Shown: in pieces, positions 50,864 to 63,691 of the stretch
How the letters are laid out: each line of letters opens with the position of its first letter
Numbering within the stretch: position 1 is the stretch's first letter
Assembly (NCBI GenBank): GCA_963575745.1
Contig: CAUYUJ010000023.1
Coordinates: 1-64,000, forward strand
From: Prorocentrum cordatum
Taxonomy: Eukaryota
DNA: 64,000 nt
Direction: 5' to 3'
The notes under the pieces: model-generated
What the model saw: only the letters and a program-made list of their open reading frames with translations
Told to the model about the DNA's origin: nothing
Database searches by the model: none
Made by a program: the position numbers and the translations under genes

Positions 50864-53800
50864 AGCGTTCCTGGCAGCGCTTCAGAAGCGCTGCAGGGGG
50901 GCCCCAGAGCCCAGAAGGGCTTCACGAGAGTGTCCGAGGGCTCGCCAGGAAAAAGTTTTTCGATGTGCACCTCGTAGAGCTCTTCGTTATCGATGAGCTA
51001 AGAGGAATTCCGGCGCGGGATGGAGCCAGTACCTCGTAGAGCTCTTCGTTATCGATGAGCTTGAGGAATTCCGGCGCGGGGTGGAGCTAGTTGGTCGACC
51101 CGGCCAGAAAAGAAGATGTGATAATTTTGTGTCGGTTTTGCTAAGATTTGAAAGATATTCGACAGTTCATTTTAAGAAAGCAGATTTTTACTCCGAGCAT
51201 TAGTATCTTAACTTTATTCTGCGAGCAGCTCAGCTCTTTCGAGACAGTTTTACTATCCAAACATTTGGAGGAACCGACGTCACGTTGACACCGAGAAATG
51301 CAAATATGATGTTTTTTTCTAGAAATGCTCTGAGAAGCGGTCTGCTTTGAATCTGAGCATTCTTACGCGTGCACGGAGCTCTACGAGGTTCCCGGCGGTG
51401 ACCAGGTTGACGGTTTACCGCCGGCGCCAGTTGGTCGACCTGACCAGAAGAGACAAAGTGGTAACTTGTGGTTTTGCGAATATTTGAAAGATATTTGATC
51501 ATTTATTTTAAGAAAGCAGTTTTTTACGCGTAGCATTTGGATCCAAACTTCATTATCAAAGCAGTTCAGCTCTTTGGAGAGAGTGTTATTATTCGAAAAT
51601 GAGCGGGTACCGACATCGGAGTGACATCAAAAAATGGAAAGTTGATGTTTTTCGAGAAAGGCCGCGAGAAGCTGTCTGCTCCGATTCTGAGCACTTTCGT
51701 GCCTGCAAGGAGCTCTACGAGGTTCCCGGCGGTTCACTGCCGGCGTCAGTTTTGCTTTCGCTCTCCGGTCTCTCCGGGTTTTGGTCGCCACCAAGTGGTA
51801 ACTCGTAGAGCTGCCCTTAGCTAGTTGCTGGAAGCTTCATACCTCGTAGAGCTCTTCGGCAACGATGAGCTGGAGGAATTCGGGCGCGGGGTGCAGCTAG
51901 TTGACCCAGCCGGTCCGGGCGGAGAATGTGTGACACTTGGGTCGGTATTTCGGAGATTGTGAGAGATTTTGAAATTCGTTTTGGAAATCCAGACTTTTAT
52001 TCTCTGCAGAGAATCATGGCGCGTTCGATGGTGAAATTCCCAGGGCTCTAGCTCCGTTGTTCGGATCAAAAGACTAGAAGGAACCGACGTTCTGTAAAAC
52101 CCGGAAAACATGTCTTCAGTTTTTAAACGTATATCATCAAACTGACTTCTCCTATTGTCTGGGAACTGATCTGGTCTCTCCAGAGCTCTTGAAGGGTCCC
52201 GGCGGTAACCTGGTTGACGGTTTACCGCCGGCTCCCAGTAGTAATTCTGGCGTGCTGGAGAGCTAGTTGACAAGAAAATCTCGACGGACCTTTCGGTGTC
52301 TTTTGGTCGGTTGAAAATTTTGTTCTTACAATTGAACAATTCATTAGAGCTCTAGTATTTTTTCCAATGCTATTCGATCTTATTCCCGCTCGCCGTCTTG
52401 ATCTCAGCTCGATCAGGTATCTTGTACTGCCAAAAAGCAGGCAGGCAGGATCGGCCGCTTGGAGTCAATCTCGACAGCCGTAGTTGGTTTGTTGTACTGA
52501 ATTCGAGCTGTAGGACAGTTACAGAGCTAATATTTGCAGAAAGCGATTGGAAATCATCAGGCGCGTTCGTGAGTTGAATCGAGAGCTCTGAACCCGGTCT
52601 GCTGACCGAGCTAGGTTCGCGAAGCTATTCGTATTGAAGTCATCTTGAGAGGTGTTGCCAGTTTTCTGTTAACTTGTGCTGTATGGTGTACAGAGCTGGT
52701 AATGAGAGGCGATTTGTAGATATCAGGCACGTCCGCCTGTCGAATCCAGAGCTCGAAACTGGGTATTTTGCCGAGCTAGGTCCACAAAACCATTCGTATC
52801 GTTCGAGTCATCTTGAGAGGTGCTGTTGGTTTTCTGCACTTAACTCGGGCTGTAGGGGGCTGGAGGGCTGGTAATGACAGGGATCGATTCAGAACATCAG
52901 GCGCGTCCGCCTGTCGCATTCAAAGGTCTGAATTCGGTTTGATACTCGAGCTAGATTCGCGAAATTATTTGGATTGTTGGAGTCATCTTCAGAGATGCTC
53001 TCGATTTTGCACGCAACTCGGGCTGTAGGAGAGCTGCAGAGCTCGTACGCAGAGAAAACAATCAGAAGCATCAGGGGCGTTCGGCTCTTGCATCGAGAGG
53101 TCTGAAATCGCGCTGAACAACTATTTATTCTCTGCGTTTTCTTCCGACATTATATATGGTGAGGAAGCTCTACGAGTCCTCCGCGGTAAGAAAGGTTGAC
53201 GGTTTACCGCCGGCGCCCAGTTTCTAAAACGAATTTCAAAATCTCTCGAAATATTCGAAAAACCGCCCCCAGGTCATCACATTGTCCGCCCGGGCCGGGT
53301 TCGCCAACTAGCTCTACCCCGCGCCAGAATTCCTCTGCTCATCGATGCCGAAGAGCTCTACGGGTACTATTTGTATTTTTCGAGTGATCTTGACAGATGC
53401 TGTCGGTTTTCAGTACTTAACTCGAACTGTAGAAACGCTTCAGAGCTGGTACTCACAGAAACTGATTCAGAATCATCAGACGCGCTTGTCTGTAGCAGAT
53501 TTTTCGCACCTGTAGACGACTATGAGAGCCTCTGCGTCTTATTATGAGCTCTCTAGGCACACTTTTACTATCAAAACACTTGGCGAAACCAACTTCACGT
53601 CGACATCAAACAATATGAATATTGTTTTTTTTCGAGAAATGTTTCCAGAAGCTCTCTCTTTCGATTCTGATGAATCTCACGCGAGCGAGGAGCTCTACGA
53701 GGTTCCCGGCGGTGACCAGGTTGACGGTTCACCGCCGGCGCCAGTCAGACGCGCTTGTCTGTTGCATCGAGAGGTCTGAACTAGGTCTGCTACTCGAGCC

Positions 53801-55826
53801 AGGTCTGCGAAACCATTGTATTCTTCGAGTTCTCTTAACAGGCGCTGTCGGTGTTCTTTTTAGCATAGTTACAGAGCTTGTACGCACACATATTCGATTC
53901 AGAATCACAGGCGCGCTCGTAACGCGTCTGAAGCATCCAGAGCTCTGAACTCAATCTGGGATTCGAGCTAGGTCGCAAAACTACGCGTAACTCGTAGACC
54001 TTCCCTTAGCTAGTTGCCGGAAGTAAGAGTAATTCTGGGGCGCTGGAGCTAGTTGGCAAGACAAATCTTCGACGGACCTTTTGGTGACCTTTGGTTGGTT
54101 GAAAATTTTGTTCTCGAAATTGCTCAATTCGTTTTCGCGCTAGTATTGTTTCCCGTGATATTCGATCTTATTCCCGCTCGCCGCCTTGATCTCAGCAAGC
54201 ACACGGGCGTCATCGGCCGTTTGGGATCATCTTGACACGCAGTGGCGGTTTTTCGTACATAACTCGAGCTATAGGAGAGCTACTAAGCTGATACTAACAG
54301 AAACCAATTCAGAATCATCAGGCGCGTTTGTCCGTTCAATCCAGAGGTCTGAACTCGGTCTGCTGCTCGAGCTAGGTCCGCAAAACTATTCGTATTGTTC
54401 GAGTGATCTTGAGGTGCTGTCGGTTTTCTGTGCTTAACTTGGATTGTAGGGCGGCTACAGGGCTGGTAATTACAGACGCCGATTTGGAGACATCAGGCGC
54501 GTCCGCCTGTCGCATGTAGAGGCAGGAACTCGGTCTGCTACTCAAGCTAGCTCCGCAAAACTATTCGTATCGTTTGAGTCATCCCGACAGGGACTGTCCG
54601 TTTTCTGTACTTAACTCGAGCTCTAGGGAAGGTACAGAGCTGATTCGCACAGAAACCAATCTAGAATGATATGGCGCCTTCGTCTGTTGCATCTAGAGGT
54701 CTGAACTCGGTCTACTACTCGAGCTACGCGAAACTATTCGTATCGTTCGAGTCATCTTGAGAGGTGCTGTCGGTTTTCGCGCGTAACTCGGGCTGCAGGG
54801 GAGCTACAGACCTGAACACACAGAAGCTGATTTGGAATCATAATGCGCGTTTCTCTGTTGCATCCAGAGGTCTGAACTGGGTTTCATACTCGGGCTAGGT
54901 CCGGAACTATTCGTAGTCTTCGAGTCATCTTGACAGATGTTGTCCATTTTCTGTATTGAACTCGGGCTGTAGGAGAGTATAGAGCTGGTGCGCACAAACA
55001 CCGATCCAGAAGCATCAGGAGCGTTCGTCTGTTGCAATGAGAGGTCTGAACTCGGTCTGCTACGCGAGCTAGGGGTACAAAATTATTCGTATTCGACCGA
55101 TATTTTTTTCGACATGATGGTGAATTTCTTCTCTGAACTCGAGCGGCCGAAAAATCAGAAGGAAATCACGAGGCGTGAAGCATCTAGACGCTTGGTTTGG
55201 GTTTGTTGTGAACGCAGACGCCAAACACGGATTCGTACTCTGCTACTTTCTCCCTAATGGTATTTGCTACACGCTGCAGATGAGCTACAGAACTGTTCAG
55301 CACAGCAATGAGATATCAATAGACAGATCAATCTGCTATCAGCTTGGGCTGAAAACTATTTTTTCTGTGCTAATTCTCTGGACATAATATATGGTCAGGA
55401 AGGAAGCTCTACGAGTCCCCCGGCGGTGAGAAAGGTTGACGGTTCACCGCCGGCGCCCAGTTACGGCGCGGGGTGGAGCTAGTTGACCGACCCGACCAAA
55501 AGAGACAAAGTGGTAACTTTGGGTCGGTTTTGCTAATGTTTGAAAGATATTTGACAATTCATTGTGAGAAAGCAGATTTTTACGCCGAGCATTGGCATAT
55601 AAAGTTTGTTCCCAGAGCAGCTCAGCTCTCTAGAGCCAGTTTTACTATCCGAGAAGTAGGAGCAATGCTCGACGTTTTACTATCCGAGCCAGTTATTACT
55701 ATCTCGACGTTTTTCTAGAAATGCTCCAATAAGTTGTCTGCTTTAGATCTAAGCACTCTTACGCGTGCAAAGAGCTCTACGAGGTTCCCAGCGGTGACCA
55801 GGTTGACGGTTCACCGCCGGCGCCAG

Positions 55827-55893
55827 TTTTTTTTTTTTTTTTTTTTGTTTGTTTGTTTGTTTGTTTGTTTGTTTGTTTGTTTGTTTTTTTGTT
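55827..55893. repeat. Poly(T)/(TGTT)n tract
   Basis: Directly after an A 3' end. Possibly an orphan retroposon tail. Confidence 0.85.
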
Positions 55894-57105
55894 AAAAATA
55901 ATATGCGTCTGCCAGTAAAATTCTCGGATCCGTAGATGGGGGCATCTAGAGGTCTGAACTCGGTCTTATATTCGAGCTACGTCCGCAAAACTATTTGCAT
56001 CCTTCGAATCATTTGACAAGTCCTCTCGGTTTCCTGTACTTAACTGAAGATTTAGGAGAGCTACAGAGCTGATGCGCATATAATCCGATCCAGTATTACC
56101 CGACGCTTCCTTTTCTCGCTTCGAGAGTCTGAACTCGGTCTCATATGATACTCGAGCTAGGTCCACGAAGCGAAGATGCAAAATAAAAGAAACACGTATT
56201 TTTCGTGCTTTTTGTCTTCGCGCTTCAGAGCGATTTTTTCGTGCGCTCCGAGCAGCACCGCGCGAGAACAGAGCTCTACGAGGCTCCCGGCGTTTACCTG
56301 GTTGATGGTTTACCGCCGGATCCCAGTGATAACTTGGGGTCGGTTTTTCAATCTTTGTGCAGCATTTGAAAGTTCGTTTTAAGAACTGGTAGTGGGTTAT
56401 GCCGCGTCTGCCAGTTAAATTCTCAGGTCCGTAGCTGCAATATTACTATCAAAAGACTTGAGGGAACGGACTGTGTTTCGAGTCATGTTCGCACGCGTCG
56501 TCAGTTTTCTGTACTTAACTCGTGAGGAGAGCTACAGAGCTCATACTTAGAAACCTATTCGAAATCACCAGGCGCGTTCGTGTGTTGCATCCAGAGGTCT
56601 GAACTCGGTCATACTCGAGCCATTTCCGCAAAACTATTTGTATCCTTCGAGTCATTTTGACAAGTCCTCTCGGTTTCCTGTACTTAACTGAAGATTTAGG
56701 AGAGCTGCAGCTGGTACGCATATAAACCAATCCAGAATCATCCGGCGCGTCCTTTCCTTGCATTGAGAGTCTGAACTTGGTGTAGTACTCGAGCTAGGTG
56801 CACGAAACAAAGATGCAAAATGAAAAAACGTGTTTTTCGAGCGCCTTCATGCTTGCGAAAGCTTTTTTCGTGCGCCCCGAGCAGCGCCACGCGAGAACAC
56901 AGCTCTACGGGGCTCCCTGCGGTTACCTGGTTGACGGTTTACCGCCGGATCCCAGTATTCCCGGAGAGCTCTCTGAGAGCTAGAGGGTTTTAGAGTGGAA
57001 GCCGGACGCTGGGTGGTCCTGCCAGCAGCTCCTCCACGGCGGTTCAGGGTCCTCGCACTCGCCCGGGGTCGCGGCCCGTCTGGGGGCGCTTCCGGCACGC
57101 GTCCA

Positions 57106-60100
57106 ACCTGGAGTTGTGGATCCCAGCTGCTCCCACACATAACGGGGACGACAGTGTAAAAGGTCTGGGCGATGCCATCAGGAAGGCCAAGGCCAAATTG
57201 GAGAGCTCTTTCACTGACCGCATCGCGGCACCACTGGATGAGCAGTTTTCGTGGGCGAAGCTTGGGGCCGCCCTCTCGGACAGCATCCAGGCGCTGGTCG
57301 ACGACCCACTCATGGGCATCCTGCTGTACACCATCTCCGGACTATACCCTCACCAATGGCAAATGGGGGCCGCGCCCAGGCAACCAGGCAGTCTAGACAG
57401 GAAAACATGGAGCCACCTGGGTCACTGCCTTGACGTGGAAGTTGGGATCGACGCGAGCAACCTCGTGTACAAACTCACGTGGGCGGCCATTGTCTGGTTC
57501 CTCGGGCTCGGCACGCCATGGAACGACAAGCAGTTTGGCGTCGCGTATGAATCTCTCCCACCACTACCCCACATGGTGGGCTCCAACCGGGCCCCCAAGA
57601 GGAAAAGTCACTGCGCCCCCCGAGACACGCTCCAGCAGTTTCCAGCGGCATGGAGCACTACTACCTGCAGGTGTCGTCGGCACAGGGTGCATCCAGGGAT
57701 GGAGAATCTGAACGCCTTGCTCAATCCCGAGGGGATGAACGCAGAGCTCACAGGCACGCTTATCGGTGCTAGCGGACAGCCGCTTTCCCCCACGCACTCA
57801 GGGTACTACTTGTGGTCATGATGCTGCAGTTGCGTGAGCCCCGTGCCACGCTATGGCCCATCCCAAACCCCGAGGTCACTGGGGACATTTTCGAAGCAAT
57901 AATGGGCCTCTGCCCCCCGTGGCAGGAAGCACACAAAGAGTTCCGGACGCAGTTCGCCACGACGTGGGGCTGCCAGCTGGTGGACCTCGAGAATTTCCAC
58001 ACCAAGCTTGCCAAGGTCATACGTCATACGAGTATCCTGGCCACTTACGCCCACCACCACGAGATTGCTGGCAGGCACGGCTGTTCGAAGACGTGGGCGG
58101 GGATGGAGACGCACGAATTCACTTCGAAGCCCCCCTGCGCGTACTAAAAGACATTGTGCAGCCAGCTGACGTGAACCGGTTGCAAGACGGAGAGTGCTCC
58201 ATCTGCCTGCTTCACACTGCGCTGGCAGGGTCAGAGATCGGGCTGGGATGCCCGCGAACCATGGAGGACTTGCAGTACATAGGCGGAGGAAAGGCCATCT
58301 CCAACCACCGCCTCGACGAAGACATCCCCGCCTCACCCGCCCCAGGTACTGCGATGTCTCCCCCCGTCGTGCACGATGGGCGCTTCAGCAGGCTACAGAA
58401 GGAGGCCACTTACAACTGCGACGGATGCCACAGCGTGGGGCTCCACGGTTCTGCAGCCACCTGGGAAGACGATTGCACCCAGGAGCTACTCCCCCAGAAC
58501 CGCCTGCAGGCGCACACGAAGGGGAAAAATGGCAGATGGCTCTGCGAACGCGGTTGGGTCGCCTCATTGGAGAAGAAAGGCATTCCCCTCCCCGAGCCTG
58601 ACCCCTCGGAGCGCATCAGCAAGAAGTCCATGCAATGGCTACTGCAGGAGCATAAGCGCAGGCTACTGGACAACCGGGAGCAGAAGAGGGCGAGGGCCCT
58701 CCCATCCCTGGACAGGCTCCCACTTGGGTTGCAGGAACCAAAGGACACTGCAGCCACGGTCTCCCTCAAGGGGCTCCTACTTCGTACGCCGCGCCACTAC
58801 CGCCCCACCGGCGTAGGCACCACGCTTCCACCGCAAAGGCTATCAGACGGCAGGTTCGGTGCAGAGGCGCACCGTAGCAAATGCTACTCGGCCAAGTGCG
58901 AGTTTTGTCCCCCGCACTCCCCATGTCTCGAATGGCCTGCAGGCGCACCCGCCCTGGGGTGCTTCATCTGGCGCCCTGGAGAAGGCGCCGAGTGCAGTGA
59001 CCGCACAGGCCTCCCAGAGTGGGAAGCAATGCCATCGTTGTGGATCAAAAGACAGTGGGACGCCAGCTGGGCCTGCAGGAGATGCTTGGTGCACATCTGG
59101 GACATCGCACCCAGCACACTCAACAAGGTGCTGGACTCATGCTCGAAAGAGATGTATCCCCCCAGCCCCGTCATGGCGGCGACTAGTGAAGGCACTGAGG
59201 ACTGGGACATCTACGACATGACAGCACACCTCTCTCCTGTCAGCCCAGCTACAAACCAGGGCTCCACCGCGGGCGCCCCCCCCGGGCTCGGATCGCGGTC
59301 AGTGAGGATCCCCAATGCCAGTGCTACATTCTGGTGCGCCCTGCCTGCACTCCCACCACCCAGCGCGCCCCAGCTCCCCACGTACACGACCCTCCGCTTG
59401 GAGGGGGAGCAGTCGGGCAGCCCAGTCCGCAAACTTGTTAAGTTTCTGCTGGAATGGAACCGCGAGGTCTACATCCGATGGTCGACTTTCGGGGGGGAAA
59501 GGAACAGAGACAAAGTGGGTGAAGACAGCGATGAATCGGAATGGTCACACTACCAGCTGTTGCGCTTCCTGGACTCCATCTACGGGGACCAGATCCCCAA
59601 GAATGGACATCCCCCACTCATCCCGTGGGGCGGACAGAGAGCTGCCGCAGCCAATGCCATCACGCAGCTGGTTGGGAGGAATGAGAAGTTCCAGGAGGCC
59701 TGGCGCTCCTTCTCCGACGCGCTCAGTAGCCAAAGAGGACAATGCCCACGGCGGCAGCCGTTGGACACGCTGCACCGTTTCTTATCCCTGAGGAAGGACG
59801 ATCTCGCAGGGGGAACGCTGGAGTTCCTCGCCGGCGAACGCAACGCCGGGGGCAGCACCGGCACGGGAGACCACTCCCCCGCCGCCGTTTGGCGCAGGCG
59901 CCCACCAGCCTCGGACGGCCGCACCCCTGGCGATGGCCTCCGCCAGCAGCCCCCGGGAGCCACAAAGGCGGGCCAGGAGATACAGGAGGAACCATCCCCG
60001 GACAGGGACGCCCACGGTCATGGCGACAACCCATTCGGGGTAGACTGGGATGAGGACAATCCACCAGACAGGACCGTCTCCATGGTCGGCAGTCCCGCGC

Positions 60101-61287
60101 AGCAGGCCGAGGAAATCGAAGCCCACGGCCCCAGCGACAGAGATGGTTCCCACAGGCGGACAGCGCTGTGGACATACCCCCCTGCGAAGGAGGAAGCGGC
60201 CACCTGGGCGCCGTGCGCAACGGCCCGCCCCTGGGCGGACATGGAAAAAGTCCGTGACAACAGGGGCCTGGGAGGGACAGGGAGCAAGCCAGACTGCCGT
60301 CGGGAGTCTATCCCTGAGCTCGCCGCGTCTGTGCGCGAGACCCGCCCGGCGCCCAGCCCCGGGCAGGACAGCAGCCCTGATAGGCGGCCTCGCCCACAGG
60401 CAGACCCACTCCCACCTCCGCGTCAAGACGACCCCCTGGGAGGGCTTCCCATGTACATGAGGTCCATCGACGAGGCCGACATCCAGAGAGACGAGCCAGC
60501 CCAAGAGAAGGTCACCGGACTGCAGAAGACGCTCGGAGGCGCACTCAACGGGGTGTGGACAGCATGGGTCCGCAGGGCAGGCAGCCTGCAAGGTCTACCT
60601 TGGGTCCGCATCCATTCGGACCCCAAGAGGAACACAACGCAGCTTTGCGAAGAATTCCTGCGGGCGTCGGAAGCAGCGGGATACGACGCCTACAAGATGG
60701 TAAGGGACCACCGGCTCCGAGTGGAATGGCAAAAGGTCACTGAGAAGTACCGTGGCCTACTACAGCGCAGCGCAAGGACCAGCACACCCAAGGGGCAAGA
60801 TAGCGAGGGCCGCCCATGCCCTTGGGCCGCCAGCAGCAGGACTGTGCCCACCCCTCCGGCCCCGCCCGACAGGACAAGCTACTGCGAGCAGGCCCCGTCC
60901 TCCAGCACACGCATCGGGGCTGAGCAGCAACGCCCGTGCAGCAAGCCCAGAGCTGACACTTGCCTCGCCAGCGTGCACCGACTACAGGGATACCGCCTGG
61001 TCGAGGGCATCCAGCTCTGGAGCCCCATGGCGCTCAAGGCCGCGCTGGGAAGGATGGGGCCGCCAGGAGAGTTCATGGAGAGGCGCTGAGTGGGGGGGCA
61101 GGGAAAAGAGGACCGCTCCGAAAAGTGACGAGCAGTACGCCGACAAGCGACAGCGAGGAAGGGCACTCGCACGCTGGTAGCCCGGCAACGGACCTGACAG
61201 GGGCCCCCTGCCCAGGGCAGGGCCGACGCAGCCCAGAGCCCCCAAGGCGCACGGCCTAGGGCTCCCTTGGACAGCGTGTGACCCCCT
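57106..61287 (+). mobile_element. Unclassified GC-rich insert with a long frameshifted reading frame
   Basis: Begins ACCTGGAGTTGTGG inside the palindrome of a C element (GCGTCCA|). Unique, apparently intronless sequence. The host does not resume on the right. Confidence 0.5.
57114..61089 (+). pseudogene. Probable single ~1300-codon ORF broken by frameshifts near 57815 and 58132; unknown product with a possible RNase III-like motif, Cys clusters and repeated helical modules
   Basis: Overlapping ORFs 57114-57821, 57812-58147 and 57853-61089 in successive -1 frames. The last is 1078 codons. Confidence 0.5.
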
Positions 61288-61791
61288 TCTGTCAGAGATG
61301 ACATTGGGTTTCTGTAGCTCGAACTGCTGGTTAACTACCGAGCTGTTGGGCACAGCAAACGAAAGAAACGATCAGGAGCGCTACTCTGAAGTATCTAGAT
61401 GCTCGAACTCGGTGCGCTACCAGAGCTGGGTCAGAAAAACTATTCGTACTCTGCTAATATTTCAGAGATGATGATGAGTTTATGGATGCAGCTCGAGCTG
61501 CAGATGAGCTACAGGGATGTTTGCCACAGCGCTGGAAGGGAATGATTGGAAGCGCTGGTCTCCAGTATCTATGCCCGGTTTCGGCTTGCTTCCAGGGTTG
61601 GAGCCAGCAAACTTTTCGTACTCTAGTATTTTTTCAGAGCTGATGCCTTTCTTCATGTAGCTCGAGGCGCAGATGAGATTAGAGCTGTTCGGCACAGCAA
61701 TACGACAAATCATCGGGGGCGCTCGTGGCAAGTATCTGAATGTCAGAAATCGGTCTGCTACCAGAGTTGGAACCAAACAACTATCCGTACT

Positions 61792-62070
61792 CCTGCTCCT
61801 CGTCCTCTTCCTTCTCCTCCTTCTCCTCCTCCTCGTCCTTTTTCGTCTGCTTCATTTCCTCCTTCTGCTCCTTCTCTTCCCCCTTATCCTCATCTTCCTT
61901 CTCTTCATCATCATGATCGTCCCTCTTCTCCCCTCTCCACCCCTCCCTCTCCTGCTCGTCGTTCTCCTCTTCCTTCCCCCCCTCCTTCTCCTCCGCCTGC
62001 TCCTTTTTCTCCTCCGTCTCCTCTCGTCAGCTTCCTCCATCTCCTTCTGCTCCTCACTCCTTCTTCTCTT
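61792..62070. repeat. CT-rich low-complexity tract
   Basis: Almost pure pyrimidine on the + strand. Confidence 0.9.
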
Positions 62071-62162
62071 CCACGTCCCCCTCCATGAGACCGCGCCCTC
62101 GCGCGCGCGGAATGCGAGATTGCCGCGCCCACGTCCCACGAGGAAGCTCTACGAGTTCTCCG

Positions 62163-62290
62163 TTGCCTATGCCTCAGTGGCTCGGCAGTGTGATGATAAG
62201 AGATGCCCTCTCTAGCTACCCTGTGCTCCGTTTGGGAGTCTTAGGGCTCAGCTGTCACAGCTGTCCGCGCCCTGACTCAAACTCAAAAAC
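62163..62290 (+). mobile_element. Severely 5'-truncated LINE 3' end inserted in a B-type terminal hairpin
   Basis: Separates GGAAGCTCTACGAGTTCTCCG from AGGTTGACGGTTTACCGCCGG. Ends CCCTGACTCAAACTCAAAAAC, resembling the CCTGACCAAACACCAAAC tail at ~29050. Confidence 0.5.
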
Positions 62291-62984
62291 AGAGGTTGAC
62301 GGTTTACCGCCGGCTCCAAGTCTGAACCCAGCCTGCAATCATAGCCGCACTAAAAACTTTCCGGACTGTAAATGTCCCACGGGATGTTTCCTCAATTGAA
62401 TCGAGCCACAGGCCAAATGCCGAGCTGAGATGCAGACGGATCGAGAAGAATTGCTCAAAAGCACGAGTCTAAAGTATCTAGACGCCTGATATTGGTCTAC
62501 GACCATAGCTGCGACTCAATAATCATTTGCGTTCCTTCGTTTCATGACAGACGGTTGATCCCCGTTGAATTCGAAGCATAGGCAAACTAGAGAACTGGGG
62601 CTCAACAAGAAATCATCAGACACAGTCGCCGACAGTTCGAGACGTCCGAGGTTGGTTTGCTTTCTGAGCTACAACTGAAGAGCTACTTGCACTCTGCAGT
62701 TTTTTTTTGTGAGTATGCCGTGCCCCATCGGAGCTGTTGGCAAGATGCCGATCATATGTACACCAATCGTCTGAACTGCTGGGCAGTGCAAGTTGAAATC
62801 ATTTAGATGGTGAGGCCAGTCTGCGATCATAACTGCGACTGAGATAGCAATGTTCTATTTATCGTGTGCGAGCTGCACGCGATCTATAGAGCTCGGACGC
62901 AGACAGTTCGAATGGACATGATCACGAGCACTAGTCCAGTATCGGGGCGAGCTCGAGCTGCGGACAAGCAGGAGCTGTGAAGTA

Positions 62985-63262
62985 ACTTCTCCTCCTCCTT
63001 CTTCGCCGCCTCTCCCCCCTCCTCCTCCTCCTCTTCCTCCTTCCTCTCCTTCTTCTCCCTCTCATCTCTTCCTCCATCTCCTTCTCCTGACCCTCCCCCC
63101 CCCGCTCCCCCTTCTCTTCTTCCTTTTCCTCCTCCTGTCCCCTGCCTCCTCCTTCTCCTCCTCTCCTGCGTCTCCTCCTCCTCTTCCTCTTCCTTCTCCT
63201 CCTCCTCCTCCCCCTTCTCTTTCTCTTCCACCTTCTCCTCCTCTTTCTCTTGCTTCTCTTCC
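62985..63262. repeat. (CCT/CTT)n low-complexity tract
   Basis: Read directly from the sequence. Confidence 0.9.
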
Positions 63263-63384
63263 ATTTTTACCTAACAGCTTGTGCTGATAGGTTTCTAGTA
63301 GGGTCAAGAGAGAGCATCATGACACTCCAGGGGGGTCCGGGCGGAAGCCGGCAGAAACCGGGAGAATCCGGCGGAGCTCATTTT

Positions 63385-63691
63385 GTGCGTGCAGGTACGC
63401 ACGGGGGCCACCTCGGCGCCATCGGAGGTGCGTTCCGTGCGTGCAGGCACGCACGGGAGCCACCTCGGCGCCATCGGAGGTGCGTTCCGTGCGTGCAGGT
63501 ACGCACGGGAGCCACCTCGGCGCCATCGGAGGTGCGTTCCGTGCGTGCAGGTACGCACGGGAACCACCTCGGCGCCATCGGAGAAGCGTTCCGTGCGCGC
63601 AGGTACGCACGGGAGCCACCTCGGCGCCATCGGAGGTGAGTTCCGTGGGTGCAGGTACGCACGGGAGCCACCTCGGCGCCATCGGAGGTGC
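63385..63691. repeat. 52-bp minisatellite, ~6 copies
   Basis: CCTCGGCGCCATCGGAGG recurs at 63411, 63463 and 63515, and onward. Confidence 0.95.

Larger units (their letters stand above)
44139..57105. mobile_element. Older, more diverged and fragmented A/B/C elements in both orientations
   Basis: Same termini and 178-bp units, with more substitutions and deletions. Confidence 0.75.
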
